From Oceanispirochaeta sp. (GTDB lineage: Bacteria; Spirochaetota; Spirochaetia; DSM-2461): DNA of 64,000 nucleotides. The notes below the pieces were generated by a model that worked only from the letters and a program-made list of their open reading frames with translations, made no database searches and was not told where the DNA came from. The stretch is from positions 1,440,001 through 1,504,000 of the forward strand of contig CAXXOA010000002.1 of the NCBI GenBank assembly GCA_963666275.2. Reading direction: 5' to 3'. A program made the position numbers and the translations under genes. How positions within the stretch are numbered: position 1 is the first letter of the stretch; each line of letters begins with the position of its first letter. Below are positions 1 through 9,453 of the stretch, piece after piece.

Positions 1-1
1 A

Positions 2-175
2 AAGGAACCTGTTGTGTACGAAGAGGTCTCTCTGGAATTGGGAATCAGTATCGGCATCGCCATGTATCCCAGGCAGGGCGATAGTCTTGAGGATCTGATT
101 GATCACAGCGACAGAGCCATGTATCAGGCTAAAAAATCAGGTGAGAATATCTGCTTCTATAAAGATAACAAATAA
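2..175 (+). CDS. C-terminal fragment of a GGDEF-domain protein (truncated by window edge)
   Basis: Frame 2 reads KEPVVYEEVSLELGISIGIAMYPRQGDSLEDLIDHSDRAMYQAKKSGENICFYKDNK*, matching the GGDEF C-terminal SIGIA.YP...AD.AMY.AK..G pattern. Confidence 0.85.
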   Translation, partial: KEPVVYEEVSLELGISIGIAMYPRQGDSLEDLIDHSDRAMYQAKKSGENICFYKDNK

Positions 176-201
176 ACCGTCGCTTTCGGTTCTGTTTTTT
201 T
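176..201 (+). terminator. Possible intrinsic terminator
   Basis: Short ACCG/CGGT stem followed by T-tract directly after the stop codon. Confidence 0.4.
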
Positions 202-359
202 ACATATAGGTCATATCTACTGGAATGTCCTATAAATGAATTTCAATATATTTCTAATTTTATAACGAATTAGTGATCTCCTTTACTTTTTTATATATTA
301 CTATAATAGTAAGGTATTGTCGATTTCAGGCAATGCAGCTACTTTTGGAGGCAATTTAT

Positions 360-1325
360 ATGCATAAAAACAGCAAGTCCTTTTTTATTTTATCTTCCCT
401 GATACTCTCTTTTGTTCTCATCTCCTGTGATACCGGAGGATCCGATAATGATGAAACTAAAGTTCTGTCCCCTGATTTCAGTATTCCTGCAGGTTATGCT
501 GAAACCGGAACAGCAGTGGTTATCACCACTGAGACAGAGGATGCGGTGATTTATTACACCACTGACGATACTGATCCCTTCGAGAGCGATTCGGTTATAG
601 AGGGGCCAAAAGGGGAATCCGTGTCCGTGACGATCACTCAGAATGTCAATCTGAGAGCCTATGCCGGAAAAAGCGGTATGTCCGATTCAGACGCTGTCTC
701 GGTCTTTTACGAAGCAGCCCTTGTGGTGGACAGCTTTGAGGATGGCACTCTGGAAGGTTGGGAGTCTACAGGGGAAGACACGACAGATATCCTTGTGGAC
801 GATACCCAGGGGGCCAATGGAACGGGAAAGAGTCTGATGCTGGATAACTCACTGGTTGAGGGGACCTATGATGACGGTTCTGTCAAAAAAGAATTTACCA
901 CCGGTTTTCAGCCGACCTATATCAGCTTTTATGCCATGTATGAAGAGAATGAATCCACCAGTGGAGCCGAGTATGGTCCGGCCATAATTTTTCATGACAA
1001 TCCGGATACCTCCAGCGCCAATAGCATCCTCTATACAGAATTCAGTGTGGAAAACGGCAGTAACCGAATCGATTTCAATGATGAAAGTACTCCTGTCGAT
1101 TCGGTTGAAAGGAACACCTGGTATCATATTGAAATGAAAAACTTCGACTGGTCCGCAGGGTTGGTTGACATATACTTTAACGGGACCTACCAGTTTGCAG
1201 ATGACATTGACCTCCCGGCTGCTACGGGTTCAAACACATTAATTTATCTGATTACCATAGGGAGTGATGCGGGAGGCCCGGGCGACGAACAGAGTGCCTG
1301 GGTTGATGAACTTGTGGTTCAGTGA
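360..1325 (+). CDS. Lipoprotein with Fn3-associated/chitobiase-like Ig domain and C-terminal beta-sandwich (possible carbohydrate binding)
   Basis: GGAGG RBS before ATG 360 (ORF track starts at 273); lipobox VLISC; PDFSIPAG...AVIYYTTDDTDP motif; DSFEDG...W start of a jelly-roll-like domain. Confidence 0.7.
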   Translation: MHKNSKSFFILSSLILSFVLISCDTGGSDNDETKVLSPDFSIPAGYAETGTAVVITTETEDAVIYYTTDDTDPFESDSVIEGPKGESVSVTITQNVNLRAYAGKSGMSDSDAVSVFYEAALVVDSFEDGTLEGWESTGEDTTDILVDDTQGANGTGKSLMLDNSLVEGTYDDGSVKKEFTTGFQPTYISFYAMYEENESTSGAEYGPAIIFHDNPDTSSANSILYTEFSVENGSNRIDFNDESTPVDSVERNTWYHIEMKNFDWSAGLVDIYFNGTYQFADDIDLPAATGSNTLIYLITIGSDAGGPGDEQSAWVDELVVQ

Positions 1326-1351
1326 TTCCCTTTAGGTTTTCATTTCTTAAG

Positions 1352-1388
1352 CAGGCTGCCCGGTGTTATCGGGCAGCCTGTTTTTTTT
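1352..1388 (+). terminator. Rho-independent terminator
   Basis: CAGGCTGCCCG-gtgttat-CGGGCAGCCTG perfect 11-bp stem followed by T8. Confidence 0.9.
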
Positions 1389-1566
1389 AAAAAAAGTATT
1401 TGTCAGATATCAATTAAAAAAATCAGAAAGTACTGATAAAAAAGTCTTTCTATAGTCAGTCAGTAAGCGGAACTGAAGAGTTTCCGTTGGTTTCATGAAA
1501 TATTCTTGAGTTCTGCCGTATGGTGCAAACTGGATAAAAGGTTTGAACTGAGATAAAATCACTTCT

Positions 1567-2676
1567 GTGACATTCAGTTTTTCTCTACTCACATTGCTCT
1601 TATTTCTTGGGTTTGGTCAGGCTATGACAATATCTGTCATTCTGATCATCCGGTTTTTTCGCAAGCAGCATAATGATGTCCTCTTTAACCTGCTCTTCTT
1701 TCTGACTCTCTATATATATCTTACAGATCTACTGGTGCCTTCAGGGATGTTCCGGGTGCTGCATTTTCTTCTTTTTACAGACTTCCCCGTACTGTTTCTT
1801 ATCCCGCCGGTACTTCTGTTTTATGTGCAGAAAACAACCGGAAAGAGAATCCAGTTGAAATTCAGAGGCCTTCAGAACCTTCATTTTGTTCCCTTTCTGG
1901 CTATTCTGGCTTTCCATATCCCTCGGTTTTTTTTGATTCCTGATGTGAAAATAAAGATGTTTCAAACAGGTGAAATCCCTCCGCCTCTTATAGGTGGTGT
2001 AAGTATGTTCCAGATGGGGATTCTCCAGTTTTTTCTGTATCTCCTCTATTGTTTCTATCTTGTATTTTTTAGAACAGACAAGCATCAGATTTCCCGAATC
2101 CGCAGTCTCAGGACAATCCTGTTTTTCTATCTGATTATCTTTCTGAGTTTCTCCTATTTCCTTCTTGTCTCCCGAAATTATCCGGAGCGTGATTTTTCTT
2201 CCTTCCGGTTGGCTTTGGATTTTCCTATCATAATTATCAGTATCTACTATTACTATATTCTGATCAGTGGGAAGGTACGTGGCAGTGAGTTAAAAGAGCC
2301 TGAGAAGAAATACCGGAAATCAAGACTTCAGCCCGGTGAAAACTCTCAGATCTGCCAAGATCTCAACAGGGTTATTGAAAAGGAAAAGCTCTGGCTGGAT
2401 CCTGATCTGGATTTACGGGCTCTGGCAGAAAAAACGGGGTATTCCTATCATAACCTTTCACAGGCTATAAATCAGACAACCGGACTGAATTACCATGGAT
2501 TTATAAACCGCTATCGAATCAGAGAAGCGTGCCGGTTGCTGCTGGAAACAGATATGATCATTCTGGATATTGCCTATGCCGCAGGGTTTAATTCCAAACC
2601 CACATTCAACACTGTTTTTAAAAAAGAGAAAAACTGCACCCCCACGCAGTTCAGAGCCAGTCAAAGAAAAAAATAG
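1567..2676 (+). CDS. Membrane-anchored AraC-family transcriptional regulator
   Basis: About 6-7 hydrophobic segments, then KYRKSRL...WLDPDLDLRALA...LSQAIN...FINRYRI...IAYAAGFNSKPTFNTVFKK...TPTQFR AraC HTH. Confidence 0.9.
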   Translation: MTFSFSLLTLLLFLGFGQAMTISVILIIRFFRKQHNDVLFNLLFFLTLYIYLTDLLVPSGMFRVLHFLLFTDFPVLFLIPPVLLFYVQKTTGKRIQLKFRGLQNLHFVPFLAILAFHIPRFFLIPDVKIKMFQTGEIPPPLIGGVSMFQMGILQFFLYLLYCFYLVFFRTDKHQISRIRSLRTILFFYLIIFLSFSYFLLVSRNYPERDFSSFRLALDFPIIIISIYYYYILISGKVRGSELKEPEKKYRKSRLQPGENSQICQDLNRVIEKEKLWLDPDLDLRALAEKTGYSYHNLSQAINQTTGLNYHGFINRYRIREACRLLLETDMIILDIAYAAGFNSKPTFNTVFKKEKNCTPTQFRASQRKK

Positions 2677-2819
2677 GCAGAAAAAACGTCTCATCTTATC
2701 GGATTGAACGGTATCGATTATTTTTTATCTTATCATTCCCTCAGATTGTTTCTGCAGAAGATGCAGTGTCTTCGATAGAGAAGGTCTGGTGTATTGAACA
2801 TACATATTTTTCATAGGAG

Positions 2820-4883
2820 TTGAAAATGGGGAATAATATATCAAGAAGGAACTTCCTGAAAGGTGCTGCCGGAACAGTGGGTGTTCTGGCAATCGGTACT
2901 TTAACAGGGTGTAAAATCGCGGGGAAAGGGCTCTATAAACCCGGTACCTACAGCGCGACAGCCAAAGGTATTGGAGAAGTCAGTGTGAGCATGACTTTTT
3001 CTGAAAGCAGTATTACGGACGTTGTCCTGAATGTGGAAAATGAAACACTCGGAATCGGTCAGGCTGCATCAGAGGAGCTGAAAAAGGCAATTATCTCTGC
3101 CCAGTCCGCTGAGATCGATGCTGTCAGCGGTGCAACGGTAACCTCCAATGCAGTAAAGAGTGCCGTGGATAACTGTATTGCCCAGGCAAAAGGGGAGAGT
3201 GTTGTCTCTACCGTTTCCGCCGCCTCAGAACATGGGAAGGAAAAAGACTGGCTGGGAGAAGAACCGGAAATCGGCCATATCGATGAAGTTCAGGAATATG
3301 ATGTTGTGATCGTTGGTGCGGGACTGTCCGGAATCTGCGCGGCCAGAGCCGCCGCTGAAGAAGGAGCAAAGGTTGCCATCATCGAAAAATCCGCTTCCTT
3401 CAACTGCCGGTCCGGAGAGTATGCCCTTCTGAACGGAAGTCTCAACAGACGCTGGGGCAGAGAGAATATTGTTGATAAAAACAGTGTGGTTAACCGTCTT
3501 ATGAAAGAGACAACATATCGGACCAAAAGACCTATCCTGACAAAGTGGGCTGACCATGCCCATGAAGTGATGGACTGGTTTATTGATGCCTATCCTGAAC
3601 TGACAATCTGTGATTCCACCAGGGAGAACGTAACTCAGGAACAGTTTGACAAGGGAATTCTGGTTCCCCTTTCCTGGCCTCTTCCCGAAAAATATAACTT
3701 CAAAGAGGAAGACTTCCCTACATTCCCCTCATCCATGGAGTTCAGGTCCAGCCGGAGAGATCAGCAGGGGTTTATGGTGGAAGCCCAGCTCAATGATGCC
3801 ATCTCCCGGGGAACCGAAGTATTCTACGGGTGTTTCGGTAAAAAGCTTCTGAAGGACAGCTCAGGCAGGGTGACCGGTCTGGTTGCTCAGAATTCAAAAG
3901 ACGGAAACAAATACATTCAGTTCAATGCGAAAAAGGGTGTCATTCTGGCTACCGGTGACAACAGCGGGGATGAAAAGATCCTCAACCACTTTACTCCGGA
4001 AGTGATGGAAAAGAAGATTGCCCGGATGGCCGAAATGGGAATCCTGGGTGTTGATATCAATGGAAAACCCATCAGTACCGGAGACGGACTGCGGATGGGA
4101 GCCTGGGCGGGAGCCAAAGTTCAGGATTTTCATGCTCCCATGACCCATCATATGGGAGGGGGACAGCCCGGCCAGACTGTCGGTGTCACTCCCTTTCTGC
4201 AGATCAACAAGCACGGTGAACGGTTTATGAATGAGTGTATTCCCGGTCAGCAGCTGGAAAACCAGATTGAGCTTCAGCCGGATCATACCTCATTCCAGAT
4301 CTATGATGCCAACTGGGGGAAACAGATTCCCTTTATGCCCGCCAATCACGGAGGGCTCTGTTATATCATTCCCGAAGATGAAGACGAGTCCAATCCCAAC
4401 TATGAGGACAGGCAGTATACCAAAATCTCTGCCAAAGAGAGGGAAGGAGCCTACACAGCCAAAGCAGATACCATCGAAGAACTTCTGAAACAGCTTGGAT
4501 TTGAAGGGGAGGCGCTGAAGAATGCTCTAGCCTCTGTAGCTCGATACAATGAACAGGCCAGAAAAGGGGTGGATGAAGATTTCGGTAAATCCGGAAAAAG
4601 GATGTTCCCTCTGGAAAAAGGGCCTTTCTATGCCAATCAGTGGGGAACTACGGTTCTTCTGGTTTGTATCGGTGGTCTGGAAAGCGATGAAGAGTGCCGA
4701 ACCTTCACTGCAGGGGATCCGGTAAGCCCCGCGAGAGATGCGATACCCGGTCTTTATGTCTGCGGAAACGTTCAGGGTAACCGCTACGCAGTGGAATATC
4801 CTATCTGTATGCGCGGTGTGAGTCATTCCATGTGTGTTTACTACGGCTATGTCGCCGGAAAGAATGTTGTACGGGGAGTATAA
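2820..4883 (+). CDS. Tat-exported lipoprotein flavoprotein: FMN-binding domain plus FAD-dependent fumarate-reductase/flavocytochrome-c-like reductase
   Basis: SRRNFLK Tat motif, LTGC lipobox, IDAVSGATVTS flavinylation motif, DVVIVGAGLSG FAD motif, VILATG, TGDG, IPGLYVCGN. Confidence 0.88.
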   Translation: MKMGNNISRRNFLKGAAGTVGVLAIGTLTGCKIAGKGLYKPGTYSATAKGIGEVSVSMTFSESSITDVVLNVENETLGIGQAASEELKKAIISAQSAEIDAVSGATVTSNAVKSAVDNCIAQAKGESVVSTVSAASEHGKEKDWLGEEPEIGHIDEVQEYDVVIVGAGLSGICAARAAAEEGAKVAIIEKSASFNCRSGEYALLNGSLNRRWGRENIVDKNSVVNRLMKETTYRTKRPILTKWADHAHEVMDWFIDAYPELTICDSTRENVTQEQFDKGILVPLSWPLPEKYNFKEEDFPTFPSSMEFRSSRRDQQGFMVEAQLNDAISRGTEVFYGCFGKKLLKDSSGRVTGLVAQNSKDGNKYIQFNAKKGVILATGDNSGDEKILNHFTPEVMEKKIARMAEMGILGVDINGKPISTGDGLRMGAWAGAKVQDFHAPMTHHMGGGQPGQTVGVTPFLQINKHGERFMNECIPGQQLENQIELQPDHTSFQIYDANWGKQIPFMPANHGGLCYIIPEDEDESNPNYEDRQYTKISAKEREGAYTAKADTIEELLKQLGFEGEALKNALASVARYNEQARKGVDEDFGKSGKRMFPLEKGPFYANQWGTTVLLVCIGGLESDEECRTFTAGDPVSPARDAIPGLYVCGNVQGNRYAVEYPICMRGVSHSMCVYYGYVAGKNVVRGV

Positions 4884-5011
4884 TCTTTCAGGTCCGATTA
4901 CATCCGTTTGAAATTGTTTACAAATGTATTGCTGTTTTATCATAGCGGTACGTTTATGTAAATATAAATAACCGGCTGTCTGCCGGTTGACATCACTCTT
5001 ATCTTTATCAT

Positions 5012-5050
5012 CCCGTCGGAGTTGTATTCCGGCGGGTCTTTCTGCTTTTC
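5012..5050 (+). terminator. Probable intrinsic terminator
   Basis: CCCGTCGGA-gttgtat-TCCGGCGGG stem followed by T-rich tail. Confidence 0.6.
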
Positions 5051-5540
5051 AAACTGAGTTCCTTGCTGAGAAACGATTCTGATGAATCCTGGGAATTCAA
5101 TGGGGTTTTACATACATTTTGCATAAGAAAATAGTCATATGTATTAACTATAAATACTAGAGAGATCACCAAAATTGAATCCTAATATGCAAATACTGTA
5201 TTTCCATGAATATACAGGAACTTGTAAATGGACATAGCCTTTTTTTTCTTAGGAAGCATAGGATCAAAATCTTCGGTCTTACTGTAATCACCCAGAGACA
5301 TCATATCACCGTTGTCAGTACAAAGATGCCAAAGACCGCATTTCTTTTGTGAAGGTTCCGGTGGGGGAGTTGATCAGAATATTGTCGATATTCTGAAACA
5401 CTTTGTACCTGCTTTGAGAAGAATCCTTCTTTTGCATTCTGGAACCATAACATAGAAATCTGGTTTGGTAGATAGATATCAGGATTGTTACTGTAACAGA
5501 CATAATTAACATTTCGAATCTTTCAGGAAGTTTGTTCAGG

Positions 5541-5572
5541 ACAAAAAAAACGCCTACCCGAAGGTAAGCGTT
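5541..5572 (-). terminator. Terminator downstream of tRNA-Arg
   Basis: Minus strand AACGCTTACC-TTCG-GGTAGGCGTT followed by T-tract; UUCG loop. Confidence 0.85.
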
Positions 5573-5579
5573 ATGTGTA

Positions 5580-5653
5580 TACGTCCTAGAGGATTCGAAC
5601 CTCTGACCCTCGGCTTAGAAGGCCGATGCTCTATCCAGCTGAGCTAAGGACGC
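5580..5653 (-). tRNA. tRNA-Arg(UCU)
   Basis: Minus strand GCGTCCTTAGCTCAGCTGGATAGAGCATCGGCCTTCTAAGCCGAGGGTCAGAGGTTCGAATCCTCTAGGACGTA; cloverleaf, anticodon TCT, CCA not encoded. Confidence 0.97.
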
Positions 5654-5664
5654 TCGTTTCAATA

Positions 5665-5693
5665 ATAATAGCCGGGGATATAAGAAAAGCCAA
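5665..5693 (-). promoter_or_regulatory. Sigma70-type promoter for tRNA-Arg
   Basis: Minus strand TTGGCT-17 nt-TATTAT just upstream of the tRNA. Confidence 0.55.
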
Positions 5694-5716
5694 GGTGTAC
5701 TGTTCCCGACTGTGAG

Positions 5717-5789
5717 TCGGGATAGCAGGACTCGAACCTGCGATTTCCTGCTCCCAAAGCAGGCGCCTTAGCCACTAGGCTATATCCCG
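5717..5789 (-). tRNA. tRNA-Pro(UGG)
   Basis: Minus strand CGGGATATAGCCTAGTGGCTAAGGCGCCTGCTTTGGGAGCAGGAAATCGCAGGTTCGAGTCCTGCTATCCCGA; anticodon TGG. Confidence 0.97.
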
Positions 5790-5801
5790 TAACGTTTGGG
5801 A

Positions 5802-5830
5802 AGTATATAGAATCTGATATTTTTGGTCAA
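5802..5830 (-). promoter_or_regulatory. Sigma70-type promoter for tRNA-Pro
   Basis: Minus strand TTGACC-17 nt-TATACT. Confidence 0.7.
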
Positions 5831-5924
5831 TATGGATTTTCGAGATTTTTTACTGCTTTGACTTCTGTGGTTCCATCAGTCGCAAACCCTTGCCATGACA
5901 GGGGATGTTCCTCATAATACGTCT

Positions 5925-6554
5925 ATGAAAACAGCCGAAAGAGCCAGGATCATTACGGAAATTTTAAATACAGAGTATCCCGACAGAAAACCCCTTCTGA
6001 ATTTCCGAAACCCCTACGAACTGCTGATTGCAGTGATCCTGTCGGCTCAGACGACTGATGCGGGGGTCAATAAGGTCACTCCCATCCTTTTTGATAGATA
6101 TCCGAGCCCCGGACTTCTTGCGGAAGCACTTCAGGGAGAGGTGGAGGATATTATTCACCCCACCGGTTTTTTCAGGGTCAAAGCGGCCAACATCATCAAA
6201 ACGGCCAAAGCCCTTTCCGATCAGTATGAGGGAGAGGTTCCGGGAACCATGGAGGAGCTGACCGCTCTTCCCGGGGTGGGGCGGAAAACAGCCAATGTGA
6301 TCCTCTATCATATCTTTGACCAGCCGGCGATTATTGTGGACACCCACTTCAAGCGGGTTTCCAACAGGCTGGGGTTTACCTCTAAAAAAGATCCCCAACA
6401 GATCGAACGGGAGATGCTGAAGAAGATTCCCCGGGAGATCCAGTCGGACTTTTCCATGACATTGAATCTGCACGGCCGGAAGTACTGCCATCCCCGGAAA
6501 CCCGAGTGCGGGAGCTGTCCGATTCAGGATTACTGCCCTTCGGCGCTGCTCTGA
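5925..6554 (+). CDS. nth: Endonuclease III
   Basis: LLIAVILSAQTTD, HhH LPGVGRKTANV, VDTH, C-X6-C-X2-C-X5-C Fe-S motif; start could be 5895. Confidence 0.95.
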   Translation: MKTAERARIITEILNTEYPDRKPLLNFRNPYELLIAVILSAQTTDAGVNKVTPILFDRYPSPGLLAEALQGEVEDIIHPTGFFRVKAANIIKTAKALSDQYEGEVPGTMEELTALPGVGRKTANVILYHIFDQPAIIVDTHFKRVSNRLGFTSKKDPQQIEREMLKKIPREIQSDFSMTLNLHGRKYCHPRKPECGSCPIQDYCPSALL

Positions 6555-8453
6555 TTACTGGAGTTTGAAGGTTTTCAGCTCATAATTGGTCGGTCCGGCC
6601 AGTCCTATAGTCAGGCCTATGTAAATCTCACCTAAAGACTCATCAATTGCCGCATCCACTTTAAAAATATTCCCCAGAGATGGATTTAGAACTTCAGACT
6701 GTAGCCAGCTAAATCCGCCGTTTTCAGAAACATTTATAAGATAAGCGGCTCCAACCTGAGGAATATCCATAACCTGCACCAGTACCAGGTAGTTCTCCGA
6801 GGAGAAAAAATGAAATTCAAATGAATACCCCTGGTCTATCAGCGACTGTATCTCATCAGGGGGATCTGTTTCATCGTACACGTCCAATGTCTTATTCAGT
6901 CCCGGGAAGTAAACAGATGCCTCTCTGGGTGAGGAGGCTATTATGTATTTGTTTTTTAAAATACCCAGAGTCCGGTAGGTATCGGTATCAGCGGCAATGG
7001 AGAAAACAGGGCCGGATAAACCGCTGGCCCCCGGAGAGTAGGTGTAAACGGAACCGCTGTCGGCTATAACATAGCAGGTGCGATCTATTGAGGCGATCTG
7101 CAGATTATCAGCTGTGCCGATTTCATTGGAAAAAGCTATGGTAGCAGGATTGAAGGGGCCCACATATCCGGGATAGGTTTCGGACATACCTATGTGCAGG
7201 TTCCCGGATTGATCCACTGTTGCCAGTACGGCATGTGTTCCCGAGTAGCTGACTCTGTTATTGATGTAGGGAGGATAATAATTCGAAATTGTGTATTCCA
7301 TTTCCTGAGTATGATCTGGTAGATGGTTATAGATATTATTCATGTCTTTTATCGCTAAAACATAATCAAATGTTGTGCTGTTATCAATTAAGTAGAATAG
7401 ACTCATAATCGCAAAATTATCTTGAATGTAGATATCCGGAATCCCCTGGTATGTAGGAAAAAGACTTGTGATGGTTGAACCTAACAGGGAGGAAGGGGAA
7501 GAAATATTCCAGTTTGAACCGTCGCTGGTGTTTAGATAATATCCACCATAGGCTGCATCATACTGAATTGTCATGTGAAATACTCCACTCCCTGCTGATA
7601 TGGGTCGGTAGCTCGGCGCTGTTGTTGTATAAATCATGGATGTAAGAAGATCTGAGTTTGAATCGGATGCATCAATCCTATCTGTATTCACCAGTCCTGT
7701 ATGGCCGCTGGCCTCTCCCCACCAGGCCATGGCTTCCATCTGAGCCGGCGCTCCATTGTAAACGCTGAAGTAGACATAGCTTCCGTTTTCACCGGCGGTA
7801 AAAAATAACTCATCCTTGTCGGGTATGGTTGTGACAGGAAGGAGAGATCCTGTATCTGTCACAAGAGTCAGGATTTCCTCAGAGACAATATCATTGATGG
7901 TATCGCCGATTAGGTAATACTCTTTTCCCGCAGTCAGTGGCCCCAGTCCCAGAAAGATACTTTCTCCGGGAGAAATCAATTTGTAGATATATTCTCCTGC
8001 TGACACCAAATCCAGCAGGGGCGAGTCCGGAGAGATCCGCAGGGTCAGGGTGACTTTGTTGTCCCCCCCGGAAAGTTCCATTTCCTGATATCTGTCGCAG
8101 ACAAGAATGCCGTTTTTATTGAATGTTTCCACTCTGACAGTTCCGGGAACACTGGCCGGCAGATTCTGAAGAGTCGCTGTGGCTGTGAGTTTTCCGGGAT
8201 CCTCCGAACTCACTTCCAAAACCGCTGTTGTGGTGAAATCCCTGTCTCCCACGGTGTATGTCACAGAAAGGCTGTCCGAAGAGAGGTCGATAAACCGGCC
8301 CGGCTCCTGTCCGAAGTTCCCAGAATAGAGAGATCGGTCTATGGAAATCCCCACACTCAGACTGGCTTTTTCACTGGAAAGATCCATTAAACTGTTGCGG
8401 CAGGAAAACAGAAAGGGGAGGAATAGGACGACAAAGAAAATACGGCGATTCAT
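6555..8453 (-). CDS. Hypothetical lipoprotein (beta-rich, possibly propeller)
   Basis: 632-aa ORF, AGGAG RBS, lipobox FLFSC; no family recognised. Confidence 0.7.
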   Translation of the reverse strand: MNRRIFFVVLFLPFLFSCRNSLMDLSSEKASLSVGISIDRSLYSGNFGQEPGRFIDLSSDSLSVTYTVGDRDFTTTAVLEVSSEDPGKLTATATLQNLPASVPGTVRVETFNKNGILVCDRYQEMELSGGDNKVTLTLRISPDSPLLDLVSAGEYIYKLISPGESIFLGLGPLTAGKEYYLIGDTINDIVSEEILTLVTDTGSLLPVTTIPDKDELFFTAGENGSYVYFSVYNGAPAQMEAMAWWGEASGHTGLVNTDRIDASDSNSDLLTSMIYTTTAPSYRPISAGSGVFHMTIQYDAAYGGYYLNTSDGSNWNISSPSSLLGSTITSLFPTYQGIPDIYIQDNFAIMSLFYLIDNSTTFDYVLAIKDMNNIYNHLPDHTQEMEYTISNYYPPYINNRVSYSGTHAVLATVDQSGNLHIGMSETYPGYVGPFNPATIAFSNEIGTADNLQIASIDRTCYVIADSGSVYTYSPGASGLSGPVFSIAADTDTYRTLGILKNKYIIASSPREASVYFPGLNKTLDVYDETDPPDEIQSLIDQGYSFEFHFFSSENYLVLVQVMDIPQVGAAYLINVSENGGFSWLQSEVLNPSLGNIFKVDAAIDESLGEIYIGLTIGLAGPTNYELKTFKLQ

Positions 8454-8550
8454 AATGACGCTCCTAATAAAAATTACAGGCTTTTCAGGCGTCAGAACAG
8501 AAAGCAGTGAGTCTGTTAATAGTAATTATAATGCAGTATGCCCGGAGTTT

Positions 8551-9453
8551 CTAAAAATGGCCGTGGAAATCTTTTATGGACTGAAAACCCGAGGTCTCCA
8601 TGTAATTTCTGATTCCTTCCAGAACCTCTCCCGAAGCATCGGGGTTTATGAAATTTCCCGTCCCGATCTGGATGGCGGACGCACCGGCAAGCAGGTATTC
8701 CACCGCATGCTCCCAGGCCATTATGCCTCCCAGACCGATCACGGGTATGGTGATGGCATGACTGATTTTCCAGACAGCCGCAACACCCACGGGGCGGACC
8801 GCTGGGCCTGACATTCCTCCTGTCACCGCTGGGATGGCAGGTTTCCTTTTGTGGATATCCACCACCATGCCAGTCACTGTATTTATGGCCGAAACCGCAT
8901 CGGCGCCGCCGGCTTCCGCCGCCCGGGCGATAACAGTGATATCAGTCACATTGGGTGTCAGTTTCATGATCAGTGGCTTTTCCGTGAGTTTCCGCAGGGA
9001 TTTTGTCAGCCTTTCCACCTGAACCGGATCGGTACCGAACGCCAGGCCTCCGTGCTTTACATTGGGGCAGGATATATTGACTTCATACCCCCATACCGCA
9101 TCCTGATCGTCTACCCGGCTGATAACTCCGGCGTAATCCTCTTCGGTACTTCCCGCAACATTCAGAATCGACGGGCATCCCAGGGTTTTCAGAAAGGGAA
9201 TCTTTTCCTTTATAAAGCCTTCTACGCCTACGTTGGCCAGCCCGATGGAGTTGATCATACCCGCCGGGGTTTCCACAAGACGGGGCAGGGGGTTGCCCGG
9301 CCTTGGTTCCATGGTGACCGCTTTGGTATAGATGGCTCCCAGATTATTCAGGTCTGTCAGGGATGCATATTCCTGACCGTAACCGAAGGTGCCCGATGCA
9401 ACTCCCACCGGGTTGGAAAGTGTCTTCTTTCCTATTCTGACTGTCAGGTCCAT
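8551..9453 (-). CDS. pyrD: Dihydroorotate dehydrogenase 1B catalytic subunit
   Basis: ASGTFG, GNPLPRL, NSIGLAN, NISCPN, KLTPNV, INT, GGMSG motifs. Confidence 0.96.
   Translation of the reverse strand: MDLTVRIGKKTLSNPVGVASGTFGYGQEYASLTDLNNLGAIYTKAVTMEPRPGNPLPRLVETPAGMINSIGLANVGVEGFIKEKIPFLKTLGCPSILNVAGSTEEDYAGVISRVDDQDAVWGYEVNISCPNVKHGGLAFGTDPVQVERLTKSLRKLTEKPLIMKLTPNVTDITVIARAAEAGGADAVSAINTVTGMVVDIHKRKPAIPAVTGGMSGPAVRPVGVAAVWKISHAITIPVIGLGGIMAWEHAVEYLLAGASAIQIGTGNFINPDASGEVLEGIRNYMETSGFQSIKDFHGHF

Noticed and set aside
5540..5790. Prophage or integrative element at the tRNAs
   Set aside because: No integrase, phage gene or duplicated tRNA 3' end found in the window
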